From positions 136,524,001-136,588,000 of the forward strand of contig NC_042998.1 of NCBI RefSeq assembly GCF_006345805.1: 64,000 nucleotides of DNA, written 5' to 3'. The stretch comes from Octopus sinensis. Its lineage: Eukaryota. Positions 1 to 13,205 of the stretch are shown piece by piece; within the stretch, counting starts at the first letter, position 1; each line of letters starts with the position of its first letter. Both the position numbers and the translations under genes were made by a program. The notes beneath the pieces are model-generated. The model ran no database searches, was not told the origin of the DNA, and saw nothing but the letters and a program-made list of their open reading frames with translations.

Positions 1-269
1 TGACCAATAAACAAATGTCACCTTAGTCTGCTGGATGTGGACAGCTGACACTTTCCATCATACTCATCAAAATAAGTTTTGTGTTTTCATATAATAATAA
101 TAATAATTAAAAGACTGCAGCACAGCCCATAAAAAAACTGACACAATACAATACTGGGAAGAGTTTGCAGACTCCCAACAACAAAAATGAACACACAATG
201 CTGCAAACACCCCAGCAACACGAGGTGTAGCAGGTGATGCAGTAGAAATTTGCCTGAAATTACCAAATG

Positions 270-428
270 TTGAATAGTAGTAGTAGTAGTAGTAGTAGTA
301 GAAGTAGTAGTAGTAGTAGTAGTAGTAATAATGACAATAATTCTTTCTGCTGGAAGCAGAAGGCTTCAAATTTGGGGGAAGGGATTAAGTGCTAACGATT
401 CTGCCAGCTCACAGCCTTAATAATAATA

Positions 429-515
<87 letters not shown>

Positions 516-535
516 AATGATGACGATGATGATGG

Positions 536-566
<31 letters not shown>

Positions 567-586
567 AATGATGACGATGATGATGG

Positions 587-647
<61 letters not shown>

Positions 648-662
648 AATGATGACGATGAC

Positions 663-732
<70 letters not shown>

Positions 733-760
733 GGATGATGGTGATGATGATAATAATTAT
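270..760. repeat. Compound trinucleotide microsatellites (TAG)n, (TAA)n, (ATG)n with a deleted SINE fragment
   Basis: Direct inspection; explains ORFs 67-369, 392-778 and 472-699. SINE head GAGCTGGCAGAATCGTTAGC on the minus strand at about 390-415. Confidence 0.95.
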
Positions 761-784
761 GATAATAAGTTCTAACATAGGGTG

Positions 785-1170
785 TACCTAACTGGTATTT
801 TATTTAGAGCACCTTTTCAAAGTCCACCTGTCTAACACTCGTGGACATGTTTACAAAGTCAGAAAACAGCACAGCTTTCATAACTTTCGGAAACAGTTTT
901 TTCACGCTAAGAGTTGCTGAAGCATGGAACAAACTGCCGGCATCAGTTGTTAGTTGTCGGAGCACTGCATCCTTCAAAACTTCCATGCTTCCTGAGATTC
1001 GCCAACACTACACCTGATTTTCTCTCTTCCATACACACGCAAGCGTGTATCTGACTCATACACTGTTCACTTTCCAGACATTTGTACATTACTACATATG
1101 CTTTATACACACTTTTGACAAGTTGTGTTGCACCTGAGCACTGTATACAATAATTTCATTATTATTATTA
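785..1170 (+). mobile_element. 3' end of CR1/L2-like LINE
   Basis: Reads FFTLRVAEAWNKLPASVVSCRSTASFK (typical CR1/L2 ORF2 C-terminus), followed by a 3' UTR and an (ATT)n tail. Confidence 0.75.
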
Positions 1171-1201
1171 AATTTGAAAAGCAAACTTGGCCTCGATAAA
1201 T

Positions 1202-1294
1202 TTAGAGTTTATACGTAATGGGATTACGTAAGTCAGTAATTTTTAGACACTGGGCGATTGTTTGCAGAACAGTTTCGTCGCCCTGTGCACATCT
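1202..1294 (-). CDS. Candidate FABP-like exon 4 (uncertain)
   Basis: After a 49-nt intron (CCTGCCAG|) it reads RCAQGDETVLQTIAQCLKITDLRNPITYKL*. GD at positions 5-6 fits FABP exon-4 register, but the intron is very short and the acceptor weak. Confidence 0.3.
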   Translation of the reverse strand, partial: RCAQGDETVLQTIAQCLKITDLRNPITYKL

Positions 1295-1343
1295 CTGGCA
1301 GGTTCGGCTGCAGTTACTTTCATAATAGTAATAGTATACTCAC

Positions 1344-1454
1344 CCACGTCATGGTATCATCACCTGTTATTTCGTACGTTAACTCAATAACACCATCAGT
1401 CCATTCAGTGCAGGTTTCAGTCAGATAGTTAGGATTAACCAATTTGAAAATGCT
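1344..1454 (-). CDS. FABP-like gene, coding exon 3
   Basis: Acceptor TTTTTGCATCAG| and donor TGG|GTGAGT. 111 nt, phase 0 to 0, SIFKLVNPNYLTETCTEWTDGVIELTYEITGDDTMTW, matching FABP exon 3 size, phase and the terminal E-x-x-G-D-x-x-x pattern. Confidence 0.8.
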
Positions 1455-1513
1455 CTGATGCAAAAACAAATGAAGAAAAAATGAAAAAAATAAAGATTAG
1501 CAAGGGGAGAGAT

Positions 1514-1555
<42 letters not shown>

Positions 1556-1639
1556 CATGTATTAGAGAGTAGCCATATTCCTACAGCTACGATGGCGACA
1601 GCAACATAATTCAAGAAAATACAATATAAAATATATTAC

Positions 1640-1821
1640 CTTAAATTTTCGACTAAAAATATCAGTCGATTCCAGTGGCTCGTCAAGATCGAAAATGTAG
1701 GTCTTTGTTAGTTGTGGATCTTCACAGCTATGGGTTATAGAATACTGATCTCCGCTTCGACCGATTACAAATTTGCTAAGCATATTTATCATGTAGTCTT
1801 TCTCTTTATCGGAAACGCCGA
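1640..1821 (-). CDS. FABP-like gene, coding exon 2
   Basis: Acceptor TTTTTAG|TC and donor AAG|GTAATA. 182 nt, phase 1 to 0, reading (V)GVSDKEKDYMINMLSKFVIGRSGDQYSITHSCEDPQLTKTYIFDLDEPLESTDIFSRKFK; the end resembles the FABP F-x-L-x-E-x-x-E-x-T-x-x-x-R-K-x-K segment. Confidence 0.85.
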
Positions 1822-1946
1822 CTAAAAATTAGGAAATAAAGAAAAAATACTATCTGGTTACTGTGAAAACTTTGTATTACATTGCAAATATAAGCGCTGT
1901 TTTGACTTTTTCGTGGAAAGGATAATTGTTTAACATTTATATCTTA

Positions 1947-2349
1947 CTAGCAGTATCGCCCGGCGTTGCTCGGGTTTGTAAGGGAAATAACTATATAAGC
2001 ATTTTTAGAGATGTAAAGTATAATAGCCATCTCAATATGGCTAACCACAAAGGTGGGGTGTTACTGTAGCTTTTTACGTTCTGAGATTTAATAATACATT
2101 TTTAGAGAGTTACTTCCCTTATATATGCCAAAAATGCATTAAAAATGGGAAAAATTGATGGTAAATTTTTTTTAAATCGTAAACTCATCGTAGACGCGCG
2201 CTAATACCCAGAAGGGCTCGATATGAAACACGACTATAAGATACCCGGTTTTGGTTAAACTGCATCGCAAAATGTGGGAGTAGTTAGGAATCTAAATCGT
2301 AGGAGACAGACAGCACACAACCTCACTTTTATATATATAGATATAAAGA
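1947..2349 (-). mobile_element. Non-autonomous Helitron-like element (in FABP intron 1)
   Basis: On the minus strand: 5'-TC start in a TA-rich end, subterminal hairpin CCCGAGCAACGCCGGG and 3'-CTAG end. Confidence 0.75.
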
Positions 2350-2544
2350 TTTGTGTTTTAATTAGGATTCTTTTTTTAAGCAGTTGTTATGGAGGCGGAT
2401 AAGCTAAATGACATGTCTTACTGAGAAGAGAACGTCCAAAACATCGATTCTGTTCTCATCTCCGAAAAGGTTGTCATGTGAGACTACACACACACACGCG
2501 CGCGCGCACACACACACACACATACACACACAAACACACACACA

Positions 2545-2587
<43 letters not shown>

Positions 2588-2716
2588 CACACACACACAC
2601 ACAGACCCTCCCCACACACAAACACACACACACAGACACTCACACACACACACACAGACACGCACACACACATTGATATGTTATATACACCGATATGGTG
2701 TTTTTATTTAAATAGT

Positions 2717-3020
2717 TTAGTCTGAAGGGAAGTGCAGTTTCCCTGGCCTTCGCAGGTTCTCCTGGATCGGTGAGATGAACGCGATTAATGTTACAAAAAT
2801 ATTCCAGTTGATGGTAACAGGAAAAATATGAACAAGGGCAGAATTCCAGAGGGTTGACTTTATTTGGAAGGGATTGTCGCAGAGCTTAGATGATGGGTGA
2901 TGAGCTGGATTCAATAAGAATATAAAGAAAGAAAGAGCTGTATGGAAATCAGGTGACCTTGTGTGGCGGTGGCGCGATACTATTTCGGCAACAGCAGTTA
3001 TTCTTGTACAACAAAACATC
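2717..3020 (-). mobile_element. Degenerate LINE 3' fragment (CR1/L2/Jockey-like)
   Basis: Translation ...NPFQIKSTLWNSALVHIFPVTINWNIF resembles the WN-x-LP-x-x-x-FP LINE ORF2 tail. Confidence 0.45.
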
Positions 3021-3214
3021 TACATTTTGCAAACAGATATACTGTTTCTTCTCATTTTCCTCTATTTTTCTTGTTACTACATCTGTTTCTATTTTTGACT
3101 AAGTGACTGCATATTCATCCGTCCACCTAAGCAATTGAGACATACCCGTTTCTTTTCCTCTTGTCTTCCAAACCATGCATGTGTGAGTGTGTGTGTTCTG
3201 TCTTGAACACTAGA

Positions 3215-3432
3215 GCTCATCAGCAGGGATGCTCTGTTTACGTGGGCTATAAGTGACCGAGATCAGAACATTCCCCTTGGACGGAATGCCAATCCATCGC
3301 AGGGGTACTCATCTACAGCTGAGTGGACTATATTTTACTCAAAAACACAACGCACCGCGCGGTCCAGGAATCGAAACCATGATCTTATGATCGTGAATGA
3401 AACGCTCTAACCCCTAAGCCACGCGCTTTCCA
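3215..3432 (-). mobile_element. tRNA-derived SINE
   Basis: Box A/B head (GTGGCTTAGGGGTTAGAGC...GTTTCGATTCC) plus CCTGCGATGGATTGGCATTCCGTCCAAGGGG core. Confidence 0.7.
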
Positions 3433-4199
3433 CACCATCCTTACTTTCTTCCACTTTACCCAATCCTCTTGTCTCAGAAGTATACACATCTAGAATAACC
3501 TCTTGCCGTTCATATTTTTCTCCATCAGTCATCAAACTGGACATCAATCGTATGCTTACCAGATTGGGAAAGTTTATAGAGGTTTTGGAAATAATCTTCC
3601 TCTTTTCTTTAACTAATGGAAGAAATATTTATCAAAAAGTTGTTTTAAAATTGTCTGTGTTCTTGGAGAAATAATGAACGCAATCTTATTCGTACGTCGA
3701 AAAAGAATTTAACAAAGATGAATGATTAATCTTTCTATCTCTTACTAATTATAATTTCAGCTTGACCAAATATTTAGTTAATTTTTATTAATAGATCTTA
3801 GTTTATTGCAACGACACTTCAGCTGGATAGATAATTGCGGTGAACGATTTCCTGTTATTTTTGACCATGGAAACGGCATTCTTAAATAATATTTCTACTA
3901 AATATCTCTACAAAAATATAAAAACCTGCGTACATTTGAGTCTTTATGTAGTCGCTTCCTTGTAGAAATATCAACAAAACATCGAAAAAAAATCACATAT
4001 TACTTTCTTTAAAATGGTGGTAAAGTAAGACTACATTCGATAATGTAGTGTTAGATACAATGTGCATGAAACAATAGAAGGAACGATCCTGGTTAGAATG
4101 CTTTCGATCAAAGGTCTGTTTAGTCAGGGCCGACCATAAACGAAACAAAAATAACAACCATTGTAGCTACGAACCAACAGAAAGACATTATGTGGTCAT

Positions 4200-4900
4200 T
4201 CGACGTGACAAAAAAAAAGACTCACTGGATTGCTCATTTCCAGATAGATTGTATTTTTTTAAGGAAAAAAAAGATTTCACTGCTTTTGTGTCACGGAGTG
4301 GCACAAAATATCCCTCACTCACCATTTAAAGTTATGGTCAGATATAGCTTATTGATCAAAGTCTCCCTAATAGAACCTAAGAAATCAACGTGTAGAGGAT
4401 GCAAATACATTCAAACAATAGTAGATTCCAAGGATGATATTGTGCAGGATATTATTACTACTATCATTTAACAGATACCAACCTAATCCAGACAGTACAA
4501 GTCAGTTCATACCATAGTTGACGTTAATGATGCAACAAAATTTCTCAACTCTTTTCCAAACTGTCTCCAGCTGAAAGTAGGAGCAGCCAATATACTGTTA
4601 CATAATTTGAAAGTATATAATGATGCAAGACAAAAGATAATTTCAGTCCACGTATTCCCTTCAACCCATCAGTTATGCCATTTCAGTTCAAGAACCTTCA
4701 TTTTACAATACCTTTTTCTTTTGTCTCAACAAGTGCCACGGTCCGTAAGAGTTGCTGGAGTTGAACAGAGCAACCCGTGTTCTTCTCATTATCAGCTCCC
4801 TATAGCATACTCAGGGGTTCGGCCAAGCAGGCATTTCTTTTCATCAGCGTATCAAATTCCAGAACAAGAAATAGTCAACTCCAGAGCTCTGGCTGAATAT
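4200..4900 (-). mobile_element. Highly degenerate LINE AP-endonuclease remnant (RTE-like)
   Basis: Fragmented motifs VALVETKEKG, LNVFASS and GDFDQ in endonuclease order, with many stops. Confidence 0.4.
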
Positions 4901-5331
4901 AACGGATTTGTGTTAGGGTTAATTCAGTTGTAAGTGTTGCCTAGCAATTTAAAATTGCAAGAAAACGTCTACAGTAAAAACAAAAAGGATAGTATTTCCT
5001 AGAGCCACAAACAATAAATCATCATTAAAACAGTTTCAAAAGCTTCACACATCATAAAAATCTGAGAAAAGTAAGGTTTAGATATGTATTCGCATTATAT
5101 TTGAAACATTCGATAAAATCAGAAATATAACTATCAGCTAAAAGATTGGAATAGAAAAGTAAGCGATATTCTAAGTATGTTTAATACCTTGTTAATGCTG
5201 GGAATATGCGTAATAACAACAACAACGACGACAACAACAACAACAACAACAACAGCAACAACAACAACAACAACAAAAACAACAACAACAACACATACAT
5301 ACATATATATGAATATATATGTACGTATACA

Positions 5332-5717
5332 TCTCTCTCTATATAAACGGCAGTTTGTCTGTGCGTGTTTCTGTGTGTCTGTTTGCTTGTACCCTCACCC
5401 TGACCACGGGTTTCAACCGATTCTCATGAAACTTGACACACACATAGCCCAATGTCATAATTCAAAACTAACGCAGCGAAAATTTTGAAAAGTTCCCCCG
5501 GTTCTGAACAAAATCGATAAATTCGACATGGGGTCGAGAATCAGAAACACGAACCACAAACTGTCTAGGGGACGCAACTCCACCTTTTTTAAATCTCAAA
5601 AAAAAATTTACCATCTTTTTTTTCCATTTTTTTGCTATTTTTTGGCTTATAACTCTCTAAAAATGCTTTATAGTTATTTCCCTTACAAACCTGAGCAACG
5701 CCGGGCGATACTGCTAG
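5332..5717 (+). mobile_element. Non-autonomous Helitron-like element
   Basis: 5'-TC start; 3' hairpin CCTGAGCAACGCCGGG followed by CGATACTGCTAG|T, the same 3' end as 1947-2349. Confidence 0.75.
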
Positions 5718-5734
5718 TGTATAATAAAAGGGTA

Positions 5735-6050
5735 TGGTATAATGATTAGGGTATTCGGCTCATGATCATAAAGTCGTGATTTCGATCCCCAGCGGCGCGT
5801 TGTATCATTGAGTAAAACACTTTTTTACGTTGTTCTTGTCCAATCACCTGACAAAATGAGTCGTACCTGCATTTCAAAGGGCCAACCTTGTTACATTCTA
5901 CGTCATGCCAAATCTCCCTGAGAACAAGGTTAAATGTACGCGTGAATATGGAGTGCTCAGTCATTTGCATGCTAATTTCACGGGCAGGCTGTTCCATTGA
6001 TCGGATCAACTGGAACACTCATCGTCGTGACCGACGGAGTGCCGATTTTA
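5735..6050 (+). mobile_element. tRNA-derived SINE
   Basis: tRNA-like head (...GATTTCGATCCC) followed by a TTGAGTAAAACACTT-type SINE body. Confidence 0.6.
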
Positions 6051-6579
6051 AAAAAAATGTATGTATGTATATTTCAGTCTATTTGCTTTGCAAGGCTCTT
6101 GAAGTGAAATCTTGTGTTAAAACAGATGTGTCTTGGGAGTGTCAGTTTGCTAAGAAAAACACATTCAATGGGGCATGTGTTTTTATTGCCCACATGACTT
6201 TCCCAAGCTACACACATAGATCTTATAAGTAATACAAGTGTGTGTATGTGTGTGTGTACGCGTGCGTGCGCGCGCGTGTGTGTGTGCGTATGTGTGTGTG
6301 TGTATATATATAGTCTATATGTGCACTCATTTTATCCTTTTATAGTCTTACTGGTTTCGGTCACAAACTGCACTCGTCCTCGGTCTCTGCCCTCAGGGGT
6401 TTTAATCGACCCAGTCGACTATTGTTTAGTGTTTATAATCTATTTTGCTAAATCGCGGAATAACTAGGATGTATGGAAATAAACACCAGAATCAAGTTAT
6501 GTCCCGCAGAGGCAAGTTTTAGAGTAGAACAAACTAAAAATTACAAACACATACATACATACATACATACATACATACA

Positions 6580-6611
<32 letters not shown>

Positions 6612-6780
6612 AAAACACAAATACATATGTACATATAAATTCTTATACACATGCAGACACACACGTGTGCGTGCGTGTATATATAACTTTGATAGGTTTC
6701 GGCCAGTATAGGCCCAGACCATGTCTAATAGCACCACCTGGTGAAGTCTTTTAGTCATATACGGAGCACCGTAGCCCACT

Positions 6781-8950
6781 CTAGCAAGGAGTTATTGTTG
6801 TTGGAGATATATCCGGGTGTATGAGGTTGGTTCAGGATTTTTTGAAAAAATTTGTCCAGTGAACATCTGAGTTTTATGGGATCCGTTTCCGTTTTGACTA
6901 TTTTGGTATGGCATTAAAGAAAGCTGGACCGGTTGAGGTAAAGTAATTGTGACGTAATGTTGCTATGTGTACCAAGTTCGATTTTTGTAGTGGGCGGATA
7001 GCACGGGGGCCAAGTCTTGAATGGATTTTAAAATTGATGCCAGCATCACTTGTGCAATATTGATGGAATATTTTCCACAAAACACAAATGATGTAATGCT
7101 CCCGGCGGCATTGGAGAGAGTAGAGATTGATTTTATTTTTAGTCGACCCAAATAATCATTGCCTCTCATGCCGTCTATCTTTCTTGTTATTGACCTCTGG
7201 AGTGCTTCTACTTACATAATGAGTTGCTTCGTATGGGGGGGGGCACAGTTGGCAACAATATCTAAGGTGGGGTCGGGCAAAAGTAGAGTAGAGAAGGATG
7301 ATGGTGTAGGCGTCTCTAGACCGGAAAGTTCTCAGAATCCAGGAGCACATGTTACGGGCCAAGTAAACCTTGCTGTTTACGTAGGAACTCCAACTTAGAT
7401 TGTTATCAACAATTACTCCAAAGTCTCTGGCGCTGTTGGATGACACTAGGAAATCGTCCGAGGAAAGAGCACATGGTAATTTCAGAGTTTTCTGTTTTCT
7501 AAAGTGGATCAAATCAAACTTATCTTCATTTAAAAGCATATTGTTATTTCCGCCCATTGGACAATAGCAAACAAATCTGACTGAAGGCATGTTCGCTCTT
7601 CCATGCCGTTTATGGCTTTTTGGAGTTTGGAATCATCTACAAAGATTTACAATGTAGAATGTTTGATGACATCTACAATGTCGTTGATGTAAATAATGAA
7701 GAGGAGTGGGCCCAACACAGTACCTTGTGGGACACCACTACTGACTTTGGCTAAGCTGGATCGTATTCCCTCAAACACAACATGTTGGGTTCTGTTCGTC
7801 AGGAAGCACTTTATCAACTGCAGCAACTTTGCACGGACTCCAATGCTGGACAGTTTCTTCAGCAGGATTTTCTGGTCCCCTCTGTCAAATGCCTTGCTGA
7901 AATCAAGGTATATGACGTCAGTGTTGGAGCCTTCTCCCAAAGCTTTTAAGATGTCATCAAAATGGTGCAGAAGCTCACGGAAACAATGCTGGTTGGTGTT
8001 CATCAGATTGTTGTCTTCGAGAAAGTGAGTTATTCGCGATCTCACCACCCTCTCAAATACTTTAGTGATATGAGAAATGAGTGAAATCGGACGGTAGTTC
8101 ACTGCAAGAGATTTGTTTCCCTTTTTGAAGACTGGAACGACAGACTGGGAAAGAAAATGATCAGGAATGTAGCATGCATCAAGTGAGTTTCTCCAGAGCT
8201 CAGCTGGAGGGAGTGCAATTTGATGTCGACATATCTTCAGGACAGTGGCCGGGAACTTATCGGGACTTACTGCCGAGTTGTGCTTCATCTTATCTATTTC
8301 TGTTAGGATATCAGGAGCACCAAAAGTTATGTCAGATATGGTTAGTTTAGGGTTTACATCACTGATACTAACCAGATCAAACGCATTATCGTTACTGAAG
8401 ACAGAACAGTATAGTCTCTGCAGTATCTCGTACATGGATTTTGCATCATCATGTAGAGTGTTGTTCTCGTCAACCAGTGGACCAAAAGTGGAAACAGCGT
8501 CTTTATGTTGTTTTGAAAATTGTAAGAACATTTTGGGATTAAGTTTTATTTTCTCAATGGTCCAACTCTATTCAGCTGCTCTTTGACTGTTAATGATGGT
8601 CATCAGGCTTTTTTGGAGGTCGTGGTTTTTTCGATTCGAGTGATGCAATGGCAGTCGAATGGGTGCGTTGCTGATGGCAGTATTTCAGTTGGTTGATTTT
8701 CTTGTTAATTATTTTATTTTTCTGATAATTGTTCTTCTATTTCTAGGGGTTCTGCACTTAGATTTGTATACTGATCTTAATGGAGTATGTTTTGCGCATA
8801 TATTTGTCACAGTATCTACAAATGTCTGCCATGATGTGTTTATATTAGAAGGGGTGTATGCGTGCGTGAAGGCCCAATCAACTTGTGAAAGATCATGATT
8901 GAGAGCATCCCAGTCTGCTAATAAGATCGTGTTGAAACTGATATTCTATA
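6781..8950 (-). mobile_element. CR1/L2-like LINE ORF2 (reverse transcriptase), 5'-truncated and frameshifted
   Basis: ORF 7647-8531 has NYRPISL, YLDFSKAFD and GVPQGTVLGPLLFIIYIND; downstream fragments 7156-7590 and 6898-7080 continue ORF2. Confidence 0.9.
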
Positions 8951-9073
8951 TTTTGTTGGGGCGGAGGCATTTTGCCAATAAGTAACACATGCACTGTTTC
9001 TATTTCACTACATAACTAATGAGCCAAGCAACTAATTGATTGCTTAATAATCGTTTGTTCAATCAATCAATCG

Positions 9074-9123
<50 letters not shown>

Positions 9124-9351
9124 CAATCAATCAATCAAAATCTAGTTGGACTATCTGTCCTTCCATCGCCATCCTAACCTATCAGTGATATTCCTTTGTT
9201 CCTCCACGTCTGTCTCGTTGTTTTTAAGTCTCTGTTACTTCTTTTTATAAAATTTAAGGTTATGCGTATATAAGTGTGCGTATATGATGGTCCTTCGCCC
9301 TTTTCTTTTGGACACATTGTATTTCTATTTCCATGGTTGGCTGGTTGTATG

Positions 9352-9391
<40 letters not shown>

Positions 9392-9393
9392 TC

Positions 9394-9429
<36 letters not shown>

Positions 9430-11189
9430 TACGCACACCTGCTAAGACTCACATGTATCCACCCAACGATATAGTGATGCCAGGGCATATGTATCTGTGT
9501 CAGATAGTGGTAGTGTGATCATTGCTAATTCTTCTAAATATGTATTACGCTCACGAATACATAATCTACTATTTATAAATACATTTCTAATATGCCTTAG
9601 GTTATACGAATCATGCCAACATAGGTACAAGGCTAGGAAGTGGGGGAGAAGAGAATGTTTAACCACTTCTAGTATGGTACCTGATTGGCACCATGTCTAT
9701 CAATATCATATTTGGATTCATATGCTTACTCGCATGCATCCATGGCACAGGGAGTCATGTGTACCTGACACACACGCGTCTTCATATAGCTGTGATAGAG
9801 TGGTGATGCTGCAGGATTATGTTCGAGTATTAGTGGTGGTGGTTGTGGTGGAGCTCATTGATATTTTGCATTTTACGTTAAGTATTGGCTGACGATTTCT
9901 TATATGTATAGCTTCATGTATCTGTCGTCATGTATCGTCATATAGATATGTCGATATAATTATGACTATTATATTATTCAGTGTGTCGTCATATTGGTAG
10001 AGACTAATGTGGGTTTTCTATCTCTATATTTTTGCCAGTGACCTCCATCTTTTCAGCCAAATTGTGCGCGGTTTCCCTTTGCAAGATGTGATAGAGTTCC
10101 AACATTCACCCGCTATGCATTTTATCTTATATATCATATTCCTAGTTTTAGGTTTGATCTATTAATATGGTGGTCCTATCGACAGAGTATGTCTTATTGT
10201 GATCTGATGGGTTTCCTTCTTTCTCAACTACTTTAATCCCGAGATTTGCATCATTAAGTGCTTTCATAAATTTATGGCCTAATACACCTTAAAATTCATT
10301 ATGTTCTACTTAACGAAAGGGCTCAAACAATATGCAAGTGATTTGAAGAAAACAGTACGGAAAATTACAAAAAATGTCACTATCAGCCCTCTAACGCATT
10401 GCTACTAATATCCGCAGCCAGGAGAGACTGCAGTCCTTGAATCACAATCAGTGTGTGACCTAGGGATCAAGGGGAGTAATGATGTATAGTTGCATGTGAG
10501 AATTTTCCAGATGGTAACAACGTGCAGACGACTAGTGGGTGGAACTGTATTAACAGCATTATATCCCCATCCTCGAGCAAAGTGATTGAATGGTACCTAT
10601 TCTATTTATTAATTGACAGCAAACTATTGACCCACGTGGTCGTCATGCAATTATCCTACTCTTGCCTGAAAACGGTGTAGATGGCGGGATGGTTTCTAGG
10701 ATGATTTAAAACGTAGAACAAGAAACCATATTAGTCGTGTGGTGGATGTTCTAAGTGATCTAGATTTTTGTTTTCAATTATGGTCGCTGTGTACACTAAA
10801 ACTGACAGCAGAGATCAAAGCAGTTCAACGCTGCTAAACTGAGGAAAATGCCTCTATGCAAAAGGTAAGGGACAAGGCATAGTTCAAAATACTCCTGGTA
10901 GCAAAGACAAGAAAGATATGAAGTTATACATAACATCTATCTGTCTGTTTGTCTGTCTGTCTGTCTGTGTTTGTTTTAAAGTCATGTTATATATAAAAAC
11001 AATTTAACTTTAAACTGAAGAATTACTCAATAGTTTCTAGTAGAGAACTCAATACTTTTATCAGTTGTCATACTTTGATGATGGTGACCAAGCCAAAACT
11101 TCGAAGTCATAGTCAACGTTTCCTTGTAAAAGTATACACATAATACACACACACCACACACACACACACACCACACACACACACACAGT

Positions 11190-11370
11190 TGAAATTTACA
11201 GAAAAACAATAGACGAAGACAGGTGTATAAACAACAAGCAAGTGTATTAGTTTGACGCTCAGGAAGGTGAGAAAGTCTTTTACGTTTCGAGCCTACGCTC
11301 TTCAACAGAAAGGAACACGAGGAAACAAACAGAAAAAGAATAAAAAAGAAACCTTTGGAATTTAAATATA
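11190..11370 (-). mobile_element. Solo Penelope-type terminal repeat (pLTR) with hammerhead-like motif
   Basis: Homologous to 20015-20190, which directly follows a Penelope ORF; motif at 11276-11313. Confidence 0.7.
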
Positions 11371-11855
11371 TATTCATAAAATTTGGCTGAAATTGATGGG
11401 TGCGGGTTTGACCCCATTGATGCGTAAGGAACCGTGTAAGCGTTGATTTGGGGGTTTGATTCTGGGTTGGGTTAGCTCATAATTTTTCGGTCATTTGTTT
11501 GTATTTAAAAATTGTCGCTTCAAATCGGAGAATATATATTATTATGATATAATATTATACTGTTATTATTATTCGATTACTCTTCCATAGTTGTTTTCGA
11601 TCCGTAACTTACAAAGCATTTCTGGTTTGTTTACAAATATTATATGTAGTATTAGACAGATTAAATATATATTCATTAATTTTGGCTGAAATTGCTGGTT
11701 GAGCGTTTGGCCCAATCGGATGCACAAGGGGCCGTGTAACCGTTGAGTTGTGGATTCGATTTTGGCTGGGATTAGTTTTGGTCAGTTTTTTGTATTTAAA
11801 AATTGTCGCTTAAAATCGGAGAATATATGTTATAATGAAATATATATTATACAGC
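11355..11855. repeat. Two diverged copies of a ~195 bp segment
   Basis: 11355-11560 and 11665-11855 share AAATATATATTCAT...TTTGGCTGAAATTG...GTATTTAAAAATTGTCGCTT..AAATCGGAGAATATAT. Confidence 0.85.
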
Positions 11856-11883
11856 TATGTCATATACATACATACATACATAT

Positions 11884-11916
<33 letters not shown>

Positions 11917-11984
11917 ACACACACACACACACATACATATATATATTTATATATATATATATATTGTTATTCTGTTACTTGTTT

Positions 11985-12270
11985 TAATCATTAGACTGTG
12001 GCCATGCCGGAAACACCGCCTTAAAACGTTTTAGTCGAAGAAATCGACTCCAGGACTGATTCTTTGTAAGTTTAGTACTTATTCTGTCGGTCTCTTTTTG
12101 CCGAGCCGTTAGTTTCGGGGACGTAAACAAATTAACATCGGTTGTCAAGCGATGGTGGGGGACAAAGACAAACACTAACACACAAATAGATACACATACA
12201 CAGACAAATATATCTATACGAAGGTATTCTTTTAGTTTCTATCTACCAAATCCAGTCACAAGGATGATAG
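11985..12270 (-). mobile_element. Octopus-type tRNA-derived SINE (partial)
   Basis: Shares the CGGCAAAAGAGACCGACAGAATAAGTAC body with 44400-44790. Further copies or fragments at 13230-13480, 15038-15395, 31750-31850, 32225-32560, 36880-37010, 49760-50110 and 52020-52430. Confidence 0.8.
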
Positions 12271-12332
12271 AGATGCCACAGTATAACCAGAGCACACATG
12301 CTGAAATTAGCAAAAAACTAAAAGTGTGTGTA

Positions 12333-12386
<54 letters not shown>

Positions 12387-12513
12387 CATGCCATGTATAT
12401 GTGTGTGTGCATGTGCATGTGTGTATATGTACGTATATATGGCCGCAGTCCAATGATTGAAACAAGTGTGAAAATAAAGCGTATATGCATGCACACGCAC
12501 ACACGTACACAAG

Positions 12514-12577
<64 letters not shown>

Positions 12578-13082
12578 ACACACACACACACACACATTTT
12601 ACAGAAGACAAAAAAGTAAATTTCGAGCGCAGTAAAGTTGTAAGAACAGCAGAGAAAGATTGGGTATTTACCATTATAAGATGGGAAAAGGTTGCTAGGA
12701 AGCGGTTACGGGAACCGAACCTGTACCCATCAGATAAATAGATAGATAGATAGATTGGTATATTCTTTGTTGCAATAATTCGTGTCAGAACCCCTGCCAA
12801 CTCCCTTTCCTAATTTCTTTTGCAAATACTGTCCGGCTGCAGTTCATGTTATGCATCAATCACAGTAACCTCACCAAACTGAAAAGAACATGCAAATTGT
12901 CTTCGGTACTATACCATCTGCACACTGACAAATATAAGACTGGTTCCAACCAAGATCAAAATCTGGTTAGGTTTACTTTAAGCTGCAAAACACTTGTTTT
13001 GAGCATTTTAGGAAAAAACATTAATAAAATAAAATACTTTAAAAACCTTTACAAATATAAAGTATCATAATATTGCCCTTAG

Positions 13083-13153
13083 TGGTAGCATTCATAACAG
13101 TTTGCATATCTTCTCTTTTACCTTGTTTTTTCCAAGTGCCACAAAAGTTATCC

Positions 13154-13155
<2 letters not shown>
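13083..13155 (-). pseudogene. Duplicated FABP-like exon 1 with mutated splice donor
   Basis: Reads MDNFCGTWKKQGKREDMQTVMNAT (73 nt, paralogous to 13963-14035), but the donor reads CTAAGG instead of GTAAGG and a (TA)n tract lies directly upstream of the ATG. Confidence 0.8.

Positions 13156-13205
<50 letters not shown>

Noticed and set aside
392-778. Poly-M/S/Y/I ORFs, and likewise all HT/CV/YI/MYVC ORFs across the window
   Set aside because: Translations of simple repeats.
10795-10870. Plus-strand donor AAAG|GTAAGG suggesting an antisense exon
   Set aside because: A single splice signal, with no acceptor or partner exon.
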